The notes below the pieces were generated by a model. It worked only from the letters and a program-made list of their open reading frames with translations, did no database searches and was not told the origin of the DNA. Below, in pieces: positions 50,670-62,379 of a DNA stretch of 64,000 bases. Position 1 is the stretch's first letter. Each line of letters begins with the position of its first letter. The stretch covers positions 3,846,001 to 3,910,000 of the forward strand of contig CM052817.1 in assembly GCA_028534125.1 (NCBI GenBank), written 5' to 3'. A program made the translations under genes and the position numbers. This DNA comes from Lama glama (Eukaryota).

Positions 50670-51712
50670 TTTTATTTATTTTTAGTTGAAGTATAGTTAA
50701 TTTACAATGTTGTGTTAGTTTCAAGTGTACAGCAAAGTGATTCAGTTTTATATATATGTACATCTATGCTTTTTCAGATTCTTTTCCATTATAGCTTATT
50801 ACAAAATATTGATAGCAGTCCTCTGTGCTCAACAATAGGTCCTTGTTGTTTATCTGTTTTATACATAGTAATGTGTGTCTGTTAATCCCAAACTCCTAAT
50901 TTATCCCTCTCTACCCTTTCCCCTTTAGTGACCATAAATTTGTTTTCTATGTCTGAGTCTGTTTCTGTTTTGTAAATAAGCTCATTTGTATCATTTTTTT
51001 AGAATCCACATAAAAGTGATTCATATGATATTTACCTTTGTCTGATTTACTTAATATGATCATCTCTAGGTCCATCCATGTTGCTCCAAATGGCATTATT
51101 TCATTCTTTTTTTATAACTAAGTAGTGTTCCATTGTGTATATAGACACCACATCTTCTTTATTCAATCATGCTTTTTTTTTCCCTTGTAGATTTATTTAG
51201 AGAGATACATACTGTATAGAGTGAAGGCTGTTTCAGAAGGCAAGAGAAAAGCCACAAGATGTGGGGGTTGGGTGCTCAGGTTAAAGTAAAAGTAGGTATA
51301 CACTCCATAGGCAGTGTGTGGGCCGTCTCTGAAGAGGAGGGAGCGAGATATTTGTATATTGTGGAAATCAAACCCTTGTCGGTCACATCATTTCCAAACA
51401 TTTTCTCCCAGTCTGTAGGTTGTCTTTTCGTCTTGTTTATAGTTTCCTTTGCTGTGCAAAAGCTTAGAAGTTTGATTCGGTCCCGTTTGTTTGTTTTTGC
51501 TTTAATTTCTTTTGCCCTGGTAGACTGACCTAGGAAGACTTTTCTATGATTTATGTCACAGAATGTTTTGCCTATGTTTTCATCTAGGAGATTGATGGTG
51601 TCTTGTTTTATGTTTAAGTCTTTAAGCCCTTTTGAGTTTATTTTTGTGTATGGTGTGAGTGACTGTTCTAACCTTACTGGTTTGCACGCGGCTGTCCAGC
51701 TTTCCCAACACC
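50670..51712 (-). mobile_element. Lineage-specific L1 (3'UTR and ORF2 end) with an internal foreign insert
   Basis: gttgaagtatagttaatttacaatgttgtgttagtttc...tccatccatgttgct | insert | aaacccttgtcggtc...tttgctgtgcaaaagctt...gctgtccagctttcccaacac. Confidence 0.9.
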
Positions 51713-52000
51713 CCTAGCAGAGGGTTGGCTTTTGCATGGATTGCTCACACAGCTCCCACCCCTGCTGAATGGCATTTCCTTTCCAGAGGATTGCCTCACC
51801 TCCTCCAGGGAGCCTGCCCTGACTAGCTCTCCCCTAGGAGCCCCGTCTCAGTCCTTGATCCATAAAAGTACCAGCCTCTTTTCCTGCCTGTTTTCTTTGC
51901 TCATGGCTTTAGGTCCTTCTGTCCATCCACTGGCCCCAGGACTACCCCAGAAAGGCTTAGACGTGAGTGGGGAAGATCAGACGATTAAAGATAGACATAT

Positions 52001-52124
52001 CAGAGCTGAGTGGATATAGTTCAAGTGGTAGAGCGCATGCTTAACATGCACCAGGTCCTGGGTTCAATCCCTGGTACCTCCACTAAAAATAAATAAATAA
52101 AATAAGTTACCCCCTCCACAATAA
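52001..52124 (+). mobile_element. tRNA-Ala-derived SINE with TSD
   Basis: gtggtagagcgcatgcttaacatgc...ggttcaatccctggtacctcca. TSD aaagatagacatat (51987-52000) / aaacatagacatat (52125-52138). Confidence 0.9.
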
Positions 52125-53249
52125 AAACATAGACATATAAGGTCAAAGGTTCCTGCCCGTGTGCCCTGATCTCATTAACACAGTCATTGATCCGTTGAAT
52201 CATGGCCTCGCTGATTCATAGCTCGATTTCTCAAGAGGGTAGTTGATTTGTTTACTGAATTGTTCTTCTAGCAAATCTTGACTGTGGCCTTCTTGAGCCA
52301 GGCCCTGTGCTGGGCTTTGGGGAATGCGCATGGACAAGACAGACAGCTCTTTGACCTGTGAAGCTGACCCTCTATTGAGGGACAAGACAAATGCTCAATA
52401 CATGGGGAAAAGTCAAACAGGGCCGTGAGACACACTGGGGTCAGTGGTGGCAGATCCTAGTCCAAGGAGTAACCGCTTAAGCTCAGGCTTGAAGGACAGG
52501 GGGAGGCAGCCCCACAGACACCAGATGAACAGCCCGTGCAAAGGCCCTGTGCCTGAGTGGGCTTGTGTGTTCCAGGCTCAGCAGGAAGCCTGCTCTCCAG
52601 CGGGCTGACCAGCGGCCCTGCCTGATGAACACGTGTTTTGCCCGTAACAAATCACCCCCTAATTTGAAGGGTCTGCCAGCGAGGAGGTGCCCTGTCTCTG
52701 GCCACACACAGCGCGTGTGTCTTCCTGGAAACCAGCAGAGGCAGCCCTCCCCCCAGCTGGCACAGCTCCTCCCCGAGAGGCCGGAGGAGCAGGCGGCGGA
52801 GTGAGAGGGGAGAACAGGGCCGCATTGTGAGCGCCCCACAGGACGCTGCGGGGACAGAAGGCCTGAGTGTGTCCAGGGTGGGCAGGCGGGAGCTCGGAAT
52901 TGCTCACTGGGCCTTCAGTCTCCAGGCCAAGCGAGCGGCCAGGAAGAAACAGGTCTTTATTACGGGGAGGCCCGGCACGGCCTGAAACGGAGGACACGCT
53001 GGGCTTTCCATCTGCAACCTTCCCAAGGCTTCTTGAGGGGTGGGAGCTGGACCCAGAACCACAGGCATGTATAGATATAGTGAGTCAACATTTATAGTCC
53101 ACCCCCCAGCCCCCACACGCCCTCCCATCTCCCTTCCCTCCTCCTTCTGCACCTCATAGGACAGAGAAGAAATGTTAAATTCTTACATGAAAGATGCTGG
53201 CCGGTGAATTACACCAGCCACATGAGGACCTCTGTACTCCTGGGCCAAC

Positions 53250-53392
53250 GGCCCCTCAACAATCCCATGAATCAGGTACCCTTAGTAACCGCACTCTGCA
53301 GATGAGGAAACTGAGGGTCAGAGTGTCAGTAACTTGGCCAGGTTTACAGCTGGTAAATAATGGAACAGGGATGGAACCCAGGTCTGTCTGAG
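53250..53392 (-). mobile_element. MIR SINE
   Basis: cctcaacaatcccatga...cagatgaggaaactgagg...gaacccaggtctgtctga. Confidence 0.85.
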
Positions 53393-54531
53393 CCCTGTGC
53401 CTGTGTTTCACCACCATGGTGTGTGTACATGTGTGTGTGTGTGTGTGACACACAGAGAGACAGAGATAGAGAGAGAAATCTGGTTATTCCAGGGTGTGGT
53501 GAAAAAATCTGACTTGGTCAGGACACGCAGGGTGGGCTTACTCACAGCAGCTGCTGGGAAAGAGGACCCTCAAAGTGCCCCTGGCCAGTGACCAGAACAT
53601 AGTACCTGCTCTTCAGGCTGGGGCATATCCTTCATGGGGTCAAAGCGCCAGGAAGCTGGGTCAGTCCCTGGAAGCCCCGTAGGCAGGAGCAGGAAGAGGG
53701 AATGGAAGGGGGATAAGGAGGAGGGGGCCCTAAGGCAGACCCACCTGCCTGGGAAGCTGGGATCCAGTGTTTGTAGGCTTTACCCTCCTCACTGTTGGCT
53801 GGCCTCTGACCAGGATCCTCCCACCCATCCTCCCCACTGCAGTCCCCAGAGAGTCTCTGAGTCAAATTCCCCCCACCCTTCCCCTTGTTTAGATCTTCCT
53901 GGGGATGTATTCCAAGGCCGCTGGGCCTGCCCCTTCTCTCCCTCACCTCCGGCCTCCCCCGACTTTGGACTTGGCACTCTAACAAAGCTCTCCAAGAGCG
54001 CTGGGCTCAGCCTCCCTGCCTGTGCGGTGGTTACTCTGCTGGCATCCTTCCCTGATGGCCCCGCCTGGCGGGTCCCTCCCCTCCTCTGAGATTCCCGCGG
54101 ACTCCGCCCAGACTCCCAGGCCCTCGCCCTTTCCCTGCCCAGGGGTCCTGAGCCGCTCCCCTCTCAAGAGTAGGGTGGGTGGTCCCATTACTCTGGCTAT
54201 GCAGCAAATGACCCCAAGACTTTGAGGCCTGAAATAACCACTTGTTAAGCTCATGGATTTCCTAGGCTCTGAATTTGGGCTCATCAGGGCCTCAGCTGGA
54301 GTCACCTGGAGTCACCTGGAGGAGTGTTCAGGTCCCTCAGTCTGTCCGGTGGGAACCATGTAAGGAGGTTCATGGGATTGTGGTCATTGAGGAAGATACA
54401 GGGCCGGCCCCCAGCAGGTCCACAGGAGGTTTTGTTGCTCTGTTGAGTCCCATTGCAGCTTCCAGATGAGGAAACAGGCCTGGAGAACTTGCTCCAGGTC
54501 CTCAGCTCTGGGGACCTCCATTTGGCCGCAA

Positions 54532-54551
54532 ACACTGCCCTCTAGTGACCA
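54532..54551 (-). promoter_or_regulatory. CTCF motif (reverse orientation)
   Basis: Reverse complement TGGTCACTAGAGGGCAGTGT is close to the CTCF core TGGCCACYAGRGGGCRSY. Confidence 0.7.
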
Positions 54552-54757
54552 GAGGCGGGATGTCCAGGAGCCCAAGGCCTGAGAACCTGCGTTGACTTGG
54601 GGGAGCTGGTGGTGGGGGTTGGCCCTGCCCCTCCTGGACCATTGGGCAAACTCTTGAACCTCGGCAAGTTTCTGCAGAGTGAGGTCAACACCCATTTACA
54701 TCGTCAGGGTCCGTCATCCTGGTGATCCCTCATCATTGACACCCTTACAGATCTCTG

Positions 54758-54777
54758 TGGTCACTAGGGGGCAGTGT
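54758..54777 (+). promoter_or_regulatory. CTCF motif (forward orientation)
   Basis: TGGTCACTAGGGGGCAGTGT is close to the CTCF core consensus. Confidence 0.72.
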
Positions 54778-55189
54778 GGTACAGATGGGACGCACTACCT
54801 GCTCAGTGGCCGTGGGGTGACCAGCTGACCACAGGGTTAAAGTGCACTCAGACTTATTTGAGGAGAACATCAGTGACTCCTGGGGCCCAGATAAAGCCCA
54901 CAGTCTTTGAAGAGGCTTGGGAGGCTCCACCCACTTCCTGTCCTCCCCTGTAGTCTCAAAGCTTCAAGCCCCAGAGTTTCCTGCTACCTGAAGTTAACCA
55001 GCAGCAGAAGAGGCCCAGGCTCTGCAGGCCTGTAGGAGTCCGACCAGCAGCCCAGCTGCAGGTTCTTTGCTCCCATCTCGTGCTTAGCCAATTTTTTTTT
55101 CTTTTAAAAAAGGTGAAATTCAGTATGCCAAGCTGAATTTTCATACTCTAATTGCACAAAGATGTTTCCACTGTATTATATGCTCTGTC

Positions 55190-55510
55190 TCTGTGTGTTT
55201 GCACATGCTGTTCCCTCTGCCAGGAATGCCCCTCCCCTGAAATCTCTCTCTGGCAAACTTTGACTCATCTTGCTATGCTCATCTCAGTCATCAGCCCCTC
55301 CAGGGAGCCATCCCTGACTGCCTACCCCAACCTCGGACCTCAAATAGAAAGCCAAGGTTTTTTCTTGGGACCACCTTGATGACTCTTTAGCTGTCTGTCC
55401 TGTACTGTTCCCTGAGGTCAGAGACTGGATCTTATTCACATCTGTGTCCTCCATGCCCAGACCAGTACCCAGAACATGTTATGAACTTAAAACAGTGTCT
55501 GCATGTATAA
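55190..55510 (+). mobile_element. L2 fragment
   Basis: tttgcacatgctgttccctctgccaggaatgccc...cctccagggagccatccctgac...tcttattcacatctgtgtcc. Confidence 0.75.
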
Positions 55511-56200
55511 ATGAGGCCATCCAGGGACGTGGCTAAGAACTCAGACCCTGGAACCAGCCTGCCTGCGTCCAGTTTCCATTTCTGCCACTTATACGCTGTG
55601 TGACCTCAGGTAGTTTCCTTGGCTTCTCTGGGCCTCAGTTACTTCAAAGGCTAGAAGACACTGAACGTTACGTGTCTTCCAACTCCTAACCACGCATTTC
55701 ATCAAGCAGTAATTTTTTTTTAATCCCAGCTGATTCTAAGACTGGGAGGAAATATAAAGAAGTATAAAATACAAGAGGAAAACTAAGATGCAGAAAGAGC
55801 ACCGAAGTCGGAGCCTTGACATAACTGGGCGTGGCCGTGGGTGGCCCCGGCGCCGCCCCGCCTCACTCCCTTCCCACCATTCTGAGGTGCTAACTGCGGA
55901 ATCTATTCGATTAGCTCATTGTTCCTCACACGCTCCTCTGTAGGTGTTAGCGTCACCATTTTATAGGCGGGGAAACTGAGGCAAGGTGAAGTAAATACGA
56001 TTTCCCAGAGTAAGCCAGCTGAGAGGTGGCTGAGCTGGGATTTGAACCCACGTAGTCTAGCCCTTGAACCAGGCACTCACCGCTTCACTGTGCCACCTCT
56101 TGTGTGTCATTCCCTCTGCCTTCTCAAGAGATCCAGTCCCCTGCCCCCCATGGCTGAGGGCTCCCAGAGCCCCCACATCCAGTGGACCCTGTCTCAACAC

Positions 56201-56250
56201 CACACACACGCGCACACACACGCACACGCGCGTGCACACGTGCACACACA
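56201..56250. repeat. (CA/CG)n alternating purine-pyrimidine tract
   Basis: cacacacacgcgcacacacacgcacacgcgcgtgcacacgtgcacacaca. Confidence 0.9.
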
Positions 56251-56969
56251 CTTGTGCACAGATCTCCACCTGAAAGAGTGTGGCTTTCTGTCCTTTCTCT
56301 GTGCAAGGGTCAGGTTCGAGCCCCACTATCACTACCCCAAATTTGTCCAGTGACAGTCAGGACAAATGGCTAGGAAGTGGAATTCCCACAGGCAGCGGAT
56401 GAACACCCCATACCAGGGCCTTCCTCCCCTGTCTTCACTCAGGAACCTCACAGACGGCCTGGGCGCCACACCTCTGGCCACCTCAGGGCCTTTGCCCTTG
56501 TTGTTCCCTTGGGCCTCAGCTGCTCTGCTCTGCCAATTGCGGTCAGCCTGCCTGCCTCCCTCTTCTGGTTCAGGTCTCGGCATGGATGAAACCTCCTGCC
56601 AGAGGCCTTCTCCATCCTGGACCATCCTGGGAGCATCCTGCATGGGGAGCGGGATGGCGCAGTGGTCCACGGGGATGGGCTGGAGTGGCTCTCCAGCATG
56701 CAAGGCACTCTGCTCACAGCCAGATTAGAAGCAAATGACATCGTCTCTGTGCTTCTGCTTCCCGTCTGAAAAATTAGATCACCTCTCAGTCCTCATCTAG
56801 CGGAAGTGAGTGAGAGGATGGGCACAAGGCAGAGTCCATGCTGGCTGTGGAGACAGGCCGAGGGGAATCACTGCCCAGGGCCCTCGGGAGAGCATCCAGC
56901 CTGCACAGAGCCCAGACCTGGGGGAGAGGAAAGGGGTCAAGGCCTCTTTCCAAGAAGGGAAGAGAGACA

Positions 56970-57500
56970 ACATGACACCAAAAGGAATAAACTCTGGACA
57001 CAGGGGACAGCCTGGATGGAGCTCAGGGCATTGTGCTGTGTGGACAAAGCCACTCTCAAAAGACTGAATGCTGGGACCCCATTCACATACCACTCTCAAC
57101 ACAAAAATTATACATATAAGCAGGGAGTGCAGATCAGTGGTTGCAGGTGTTGGGGTGGCGAAGGGGATGACCATGGGGGGTAGCACGAGGGATTTTTTTC
57201 TGGAATGACAGAACAGTTCTGTATCCTGATTGGGGTGGTGGTTACACAAATCTACATGCAATAACATTCACAGAACTACATACAAAGAGAAAAAGAGAGA
57301 GCACGGAAAAGCAGGAGAAATCTAAATAAGGTCTGTGGTTTGGTTCGTAGTACTGTGCCTGTCAGCTTCCAGGTCCTGGCTGTCGCGTTATGGTTTTGTA
57401 AGATGCCGTCACTGGGGAGCTGGGGGAAGGCCGTGCGGGAGCTCTCTAAATTATTTTTGCAACTTCTCTGCAAGTCTAAGATGACTTCAGAATAAAAGCA
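56970..57500 (+). mobile_element. L1MC-type 3' region
   Basis: cagatcagtggttgc...gttctgtatcctgattggggtggtggttacac...ttatttttgcaactt...aataaaa. Confidence 0.8.
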
Positions 57501-57504
57501 CTAA

Positions 57505-57945
57505 GACTACTTCATCCAGCAGCAGCAGAATGCACACTCTTCTCGAGCTCACACAGAACACTCACCAAGATAGACCACTAAGACAGGTCATAAAATACAC
57601 CTCACATTTAAAAGAACACCCACCGAACAATGTACACGCTCAGACAGTCAGGGACAGAAGGATGGCTGGGAAACCCCAAGATACTTGGAGATGAAAGAAC
57701 ACTCTTCTAAATAACACATGAGTCAAAGAAGAAATCTCAAGACAGATAGTTAAAGATCCTGAGCTACACGAGAGTGAAAATACAGCGCATCAGCATTTGG
57801 GGGATGCAGTGAGCATGGTTCTTAGAGGGAAATTGAAACGTCTTTCAGAAGACATATCTAAAATCAATCATCTAAGCTTCTATCTTAGGAAACTAGAAAA
57901 AAGGAGAGCAAATTCAATCCAAAGTAGGCAGAAGAAATAAAAAAA
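57505..57945 (+). mobile_element. L1 ORF2 endonuclease-proximal fragment
   Basis: cagcagaatgcacactcttctc...accaagatagacca...cttctaaataac...cttagagggaaatt...aaactagaaaa. Confidence 0.8.
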
Positions 57946-58674
57946 GACACTGAGAAGATCCCGTTTGAAGTCTCGGTGGTCTGTGTGCAATTTATTAACA
58001 AAATTCCAGGTGGTATGCCCCCTACGTGATGGTAGTTTTTTGGCTTCTTAGCTGTGAGTCAATACCTGTCTGCAGCTTGAGTGTGGCTGCCCACCTCTTT
58101 TGGTTTCTTTGGAGTCCCTGAATTGGTGTCTCTGAAGTCAGAGTTTGCATCCAGCTTCTGCCTCTCACTGGCAGAGCGGGTCCTGCAGGTGGCGCATCCC
58201 TGCCAGCTGGACGGGCTCAGCTGTACACCAGGAGGCCAGGGTGCAGCTCGGCTCCCGGAAGGTTAGTGCTCCTTCTTGTTCTCCGAGCTTCATTACCTCT
58301 GTGCTGGAATGGAGGTGGGGCTTGTCCCCGTGGGCAAAGAACTCTACCTGGGCCCTGCTGCCCACTGCCAGGAAGGTGGGTTTCCTGAGCAGATCAAGTG
58401 GCTGCAGGGACAACTGCCCATCTGCCCACCCGGCCAAAGCCAACAATGAAGGAAGCTCTGCGGGGGCAGTGACTGTAATTCAGTAACTCCACCCAGCCAA
58501 GAAATGAGCCAGGGAGGCCCAAGGCTTGCACGCCGCACCCAGATAAATCACTCTCCTCCTGGGTGCTGGTGGGGAGGGTGGATAGGATTGTGACTCAGGA
58601 AGACAGGGGAACAGAGCACCTGGTGGCATTGTTACCATTGCTGTTGGCATCATCTACCCTGAAATACCTATGCC

Positions 58675-59550
58675 TCCTCACCACCTCACACCCATCAGGA
58701 TGGCCACGGTCAAAAAGACCCCAAGAATAACGCGTGCTGGTGAGGCTGCGGAGGATCCGGGACTCTCACCCACGGCTGGTGGGAATGTCAATGGTGCAGC
58801 CACTGTGGAAACACTATGGTGGTTCCTCAAAATATTGAAAAGAGAACCACCATGTGATCCAGCAACTCCACTTCTAGGTACATATCCCCCACACTGAAAG
58901 TGGGGTCTCAAAGAGATATTTATACCCCCCACACCCCCTTCATAGCAGCATTACTCACAATAGCCAAAAGGTAGAAGCAATCCAAGTGTCCAGCAACCGG
59001 ATAAACAAGATGTGGACCGTCCACACAATGGAATATTTTTCAGCCTTAAAAAGGAAAGAAATCCTTTTGATATCTTGTAATAACCTATAATGGAAAAGAA
59101 TCTGAAAAAGAATATATATATACATATACAACAGAATCACTTTGATGCACACCTGAAACTAACATAACATTGTAAGTCAACTATACTTCAATAAAAAAAG
59201 AAATTGTCACACACTACAATGTGGATGAAACTTGAAGACATTATGCTCAATGAAATAACCTAGTCACAAGAAGACAAATACTGCGTGATTGTCCTCACAT
59301 GGGGTCCTCAGAGTAGTCAAATCCACTGAGGCAGAAACTGTAATGCTGGTCCCCAGGGGCTGGGGGAGGGGGGTGGGGAGCTGTTGAACGTGGACAGAGT
59401 TTCAGTTTTGCAAGATGAAGGGTTGTGGAGAGGGATGGTGCTGACAGCTGCACACGGTGTGAATGTACTTAATGCCACTGAACTGGACGCCGAAAAAATG
59501 GTTAAGATGATAAGTTATGTTATGTGTATTTTACCACAGTTTTTTGGAGA
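58675..59550 (+). mobile_element. L1MB-type 3' region with a younger L1 tail nested at ~59068-59200
   Basis: ccacctcacacccatcaggatggc...tgatccagcaactccacttctagg...gtacttaatgccactgaact. The nested tail is aacctataatggaaaagaatctgaaaaagaat...ctatacttcaataaaaaa. Confidence 0.88.
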
Positions 59551-61784
59551 AAAGAATAACAATGATTGAACTATAAAAAAGTTACAGAAAAAAAATCAAA
59601 GAACACTTACGTTTGCAACTCGAATGCCTTCCCGAACAATCTTATAAAGCAGTAGTGCTGGCACTTGAACTTCAATCTGTCCCAAACTACCCACAATTGT
59701 CACATCACTAACATGCCCCTTAAACCCTCCCATCCTGCTGGTTCTTATCTCTAGTCATAGTGTCACAGGGAATGATGGGCTACTGAGAAACTCTCTGGGT
59801 GAACATTTCACAATCTAGACAGTGACAGATACTTTGTATGAGGGGAAGGGAGGTGGTGTAGGAGGGGAGGGGGTCTGTTTTTTTTTCCCCCTAGGAAAAC
59901 ACTGAAATCAGTTTTGCCAGGACAAGGAGCTGAATTAACATCAGTCCTGGACATTCATTCACATGCGTTTCGAGCTCCTGCCGTGTGCCCGGCACTGTGC
60001 CAGGTGCTACAGATTCGGGGCCGCACAAAACGGACAAAGGCCACGCTCCTTGCCCTAGTGGGGGACTCAGAGAAACAACAAGCAAATGAATAAATGAGCA
60101 TGCTTGTTTCAGGAGAGAGAAGAGCAGGGGGGCGAGGACAGCAAACAGGGTGAGGGGCATTGCCCTCGGCTACCGTCCCCACCCTCCCACGTCCGGTGCA
60201 AGGCGAGCAGCCAGCTGCGGTCCTCGCACTGTGAGCCCCTTGGGTGGACAGGGCCTGGTGGCTCTGCCTGCCAGATGCTGGTGCGTTTAAGTCCTGAAGG
60301 CTGGGGGCGACCAGCTGCTTTCAGGTGGCTGTTCCTTCTCCCACAGCGCCCCCTTCTGGGAAGGAGCCGTTACTGCAGCCAAGGACACTCGCAATTTCAG
60401 GAGCATTGGTCCCAGTCACTCCCTTCCTCCTACCCCGGGGTCTCCCGCGATCATAGGCTGACCCCTCCCCTTTGAGGATGAAAATCATAGAGAAGAATCT
60501 CATTCTAAAAGAAATGCATTTCCTTCTCTATTACTGGGACTAAGGATTTAGGTCACTTTGGAAAATGTTTTTTACAAATGATTTTTAACCTTTTGTAAAA
60601 GAAGTCTCTAGAAAGATAGTTCTACGCGTTCTAGATCAGCATCACCGAGGCACGGTAAGAACGCGGCCTTCCTGGAGCCCCAGGAATACCCCTGCGGACT
60701 TAGTAAGTTTAGTCCATGAACTTTGGGTTGGACTAAGCGCGTGTCTGAGTCTCTCGCTCGCACTGGCCTGTCCAGCTCTTGGGAGAAAAACCACATCTTA
60801 TTTGCCATTAGGTCTTCAGCCCTCCCATGGTGCTTGATTTCCCAGCAAACATGTGACTGAGTTACTGTTTTTGCCAGTCTGCCCCACAAGCCTCACAGGG
60901 TGCCCAGCTTTCTTCTAGCTGTATTCACTCTGCAGGTCTGTGTCATTCACTCAGGTGTTGAGTGTGCTGGGCACGAGGTGAGCATAGAGCCCAGGAGGAG
61001 CAGGACCGTCAGAGCCCGTGCCCGCCTGGAGGTGTGTGAGGATGTCATCAAATAACGACCCAGACACAACGGTGGTGAGTGCCATGTAGGGGACATGCCG
61101 GGCATCTCCCAGGACCGAGGTGAAGCTGGAAGGATGTGAGTGACGGAGCGGAGAGAAGCCCAGGCCACCGTCTGTGAGGGTGTGGGGACCAGATCCTGCA
61201 GGCTGACCACAGCACAAATTTTGGATTTTATTTGAACATAATGAGAGAAATCTACGAGGGTTTTAGGCAAAGCCCAATGTGTCTGATTTCTGGTTTTTAA
61301 AGACCCCTCTGGCCGCCGTGTGCTATGTGAAACGTGGCTTGGAGAGGGGATGGGGGAAGCAGGAAACCATTAAGGTTCGGCTGAGTGGCCCCGGTGAGAT
61401 ATTAACTCTAGTTTTAGTTTTTTAAAGAAATCTCCATACTGCTTTCCATACCGACGGCACCAAATTACATTCCCAACACGTAGGACAGAACTCACATTCT
61501 TACATTCATGATGGACCCACCTCCTCACACGTGGTCCAAGACTCATTTTCCTTAAAGTTCTGGCTTGGAGGATAAGAAGCCACAAGGTGCTTACTACCTC
61601 ATTTGTACCCAATTTTATACATGTGAATAATTAGTACCCAATTGTATGTATGCGTCCAAAGCGACTCATGGATGCCCAAGGCTGCCCGTGGATAAGGGAT
61701 ATCCTGTGCATTCCTGAAAACTCAAAAGTAATTATTGTGCTCTTGGGTGTGGAGTGAATGCGTTAACTGACTCCAGTATGATTG

Positions 61785-61824
61785 TTGGGGTGCTCCTCTC
61801 AAACCTTCTTAGACCCCAGCCCCA
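61785..61824 (+). repeat. 40-bp direct repeat, copy 1 (copy 2 at 63223-63262)
   Basis: ttggggtgctcctctcaaa(c/g)cttcttagaccc(c/t)agcccca, 38/40 identical. Confidence 0.92.
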
Positions 61825-62379
61825 TTCCTGTTTATCCTAGGAAGTGGGGGAGCCCTAGAGCTCAGCAGCAGAGATGGTCTGCAGGGCTCACCCAGGACAA
61901 AAACTGGGCCTCACTCTACTGCTTCAGGAGTGGGAGCCTCCCTCCCAACTTGTTACAGATTTAGCTAGGGGGGGAAGGACCAGTTTTCCAAGATCCACAA
62001 GGGCCTTCTTAATTCTCCAGCTGGTAAGAGGTGGGAGAGGAGGGAGCCAGGAGGTCTGAAGGTGGTCTGGTAGTGCCAAAGAGAGCTAGGGTGTGCCTGG
62101 CTCCCCCAACCCGCATTCTAGAACAGAAAAATGACTTCCATCTAATGTGCCTGTACTTTGCAAGTCTGCTTCAAGTCCACGTTCCAGACAAGGCCCCGCA
62201 CTCACCTCTATGTCAAAACCTCTGGGACACCACTGATTGACTAAGAGAATTTCAGAGCCCAAGTTCCCTTAGAGATAAGGGACACATATAAGCAAATTAT
62301 CTTCTAAACCAGGACTGTTTTTTTAAATGTCCTGCCAGTAAACTGTTTATGATTAGCTTTAAAAACTGTTAAGCTGAAT

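Noticed and set aside
54296..54322. Short tandem duplications (ctggagtcac x2; also ctggcctcc x3 at 39826-39852)
   Set aside because: Ordinary slippage repeats. There are no unique spacers or regular array, so nothing CRISPR-like.
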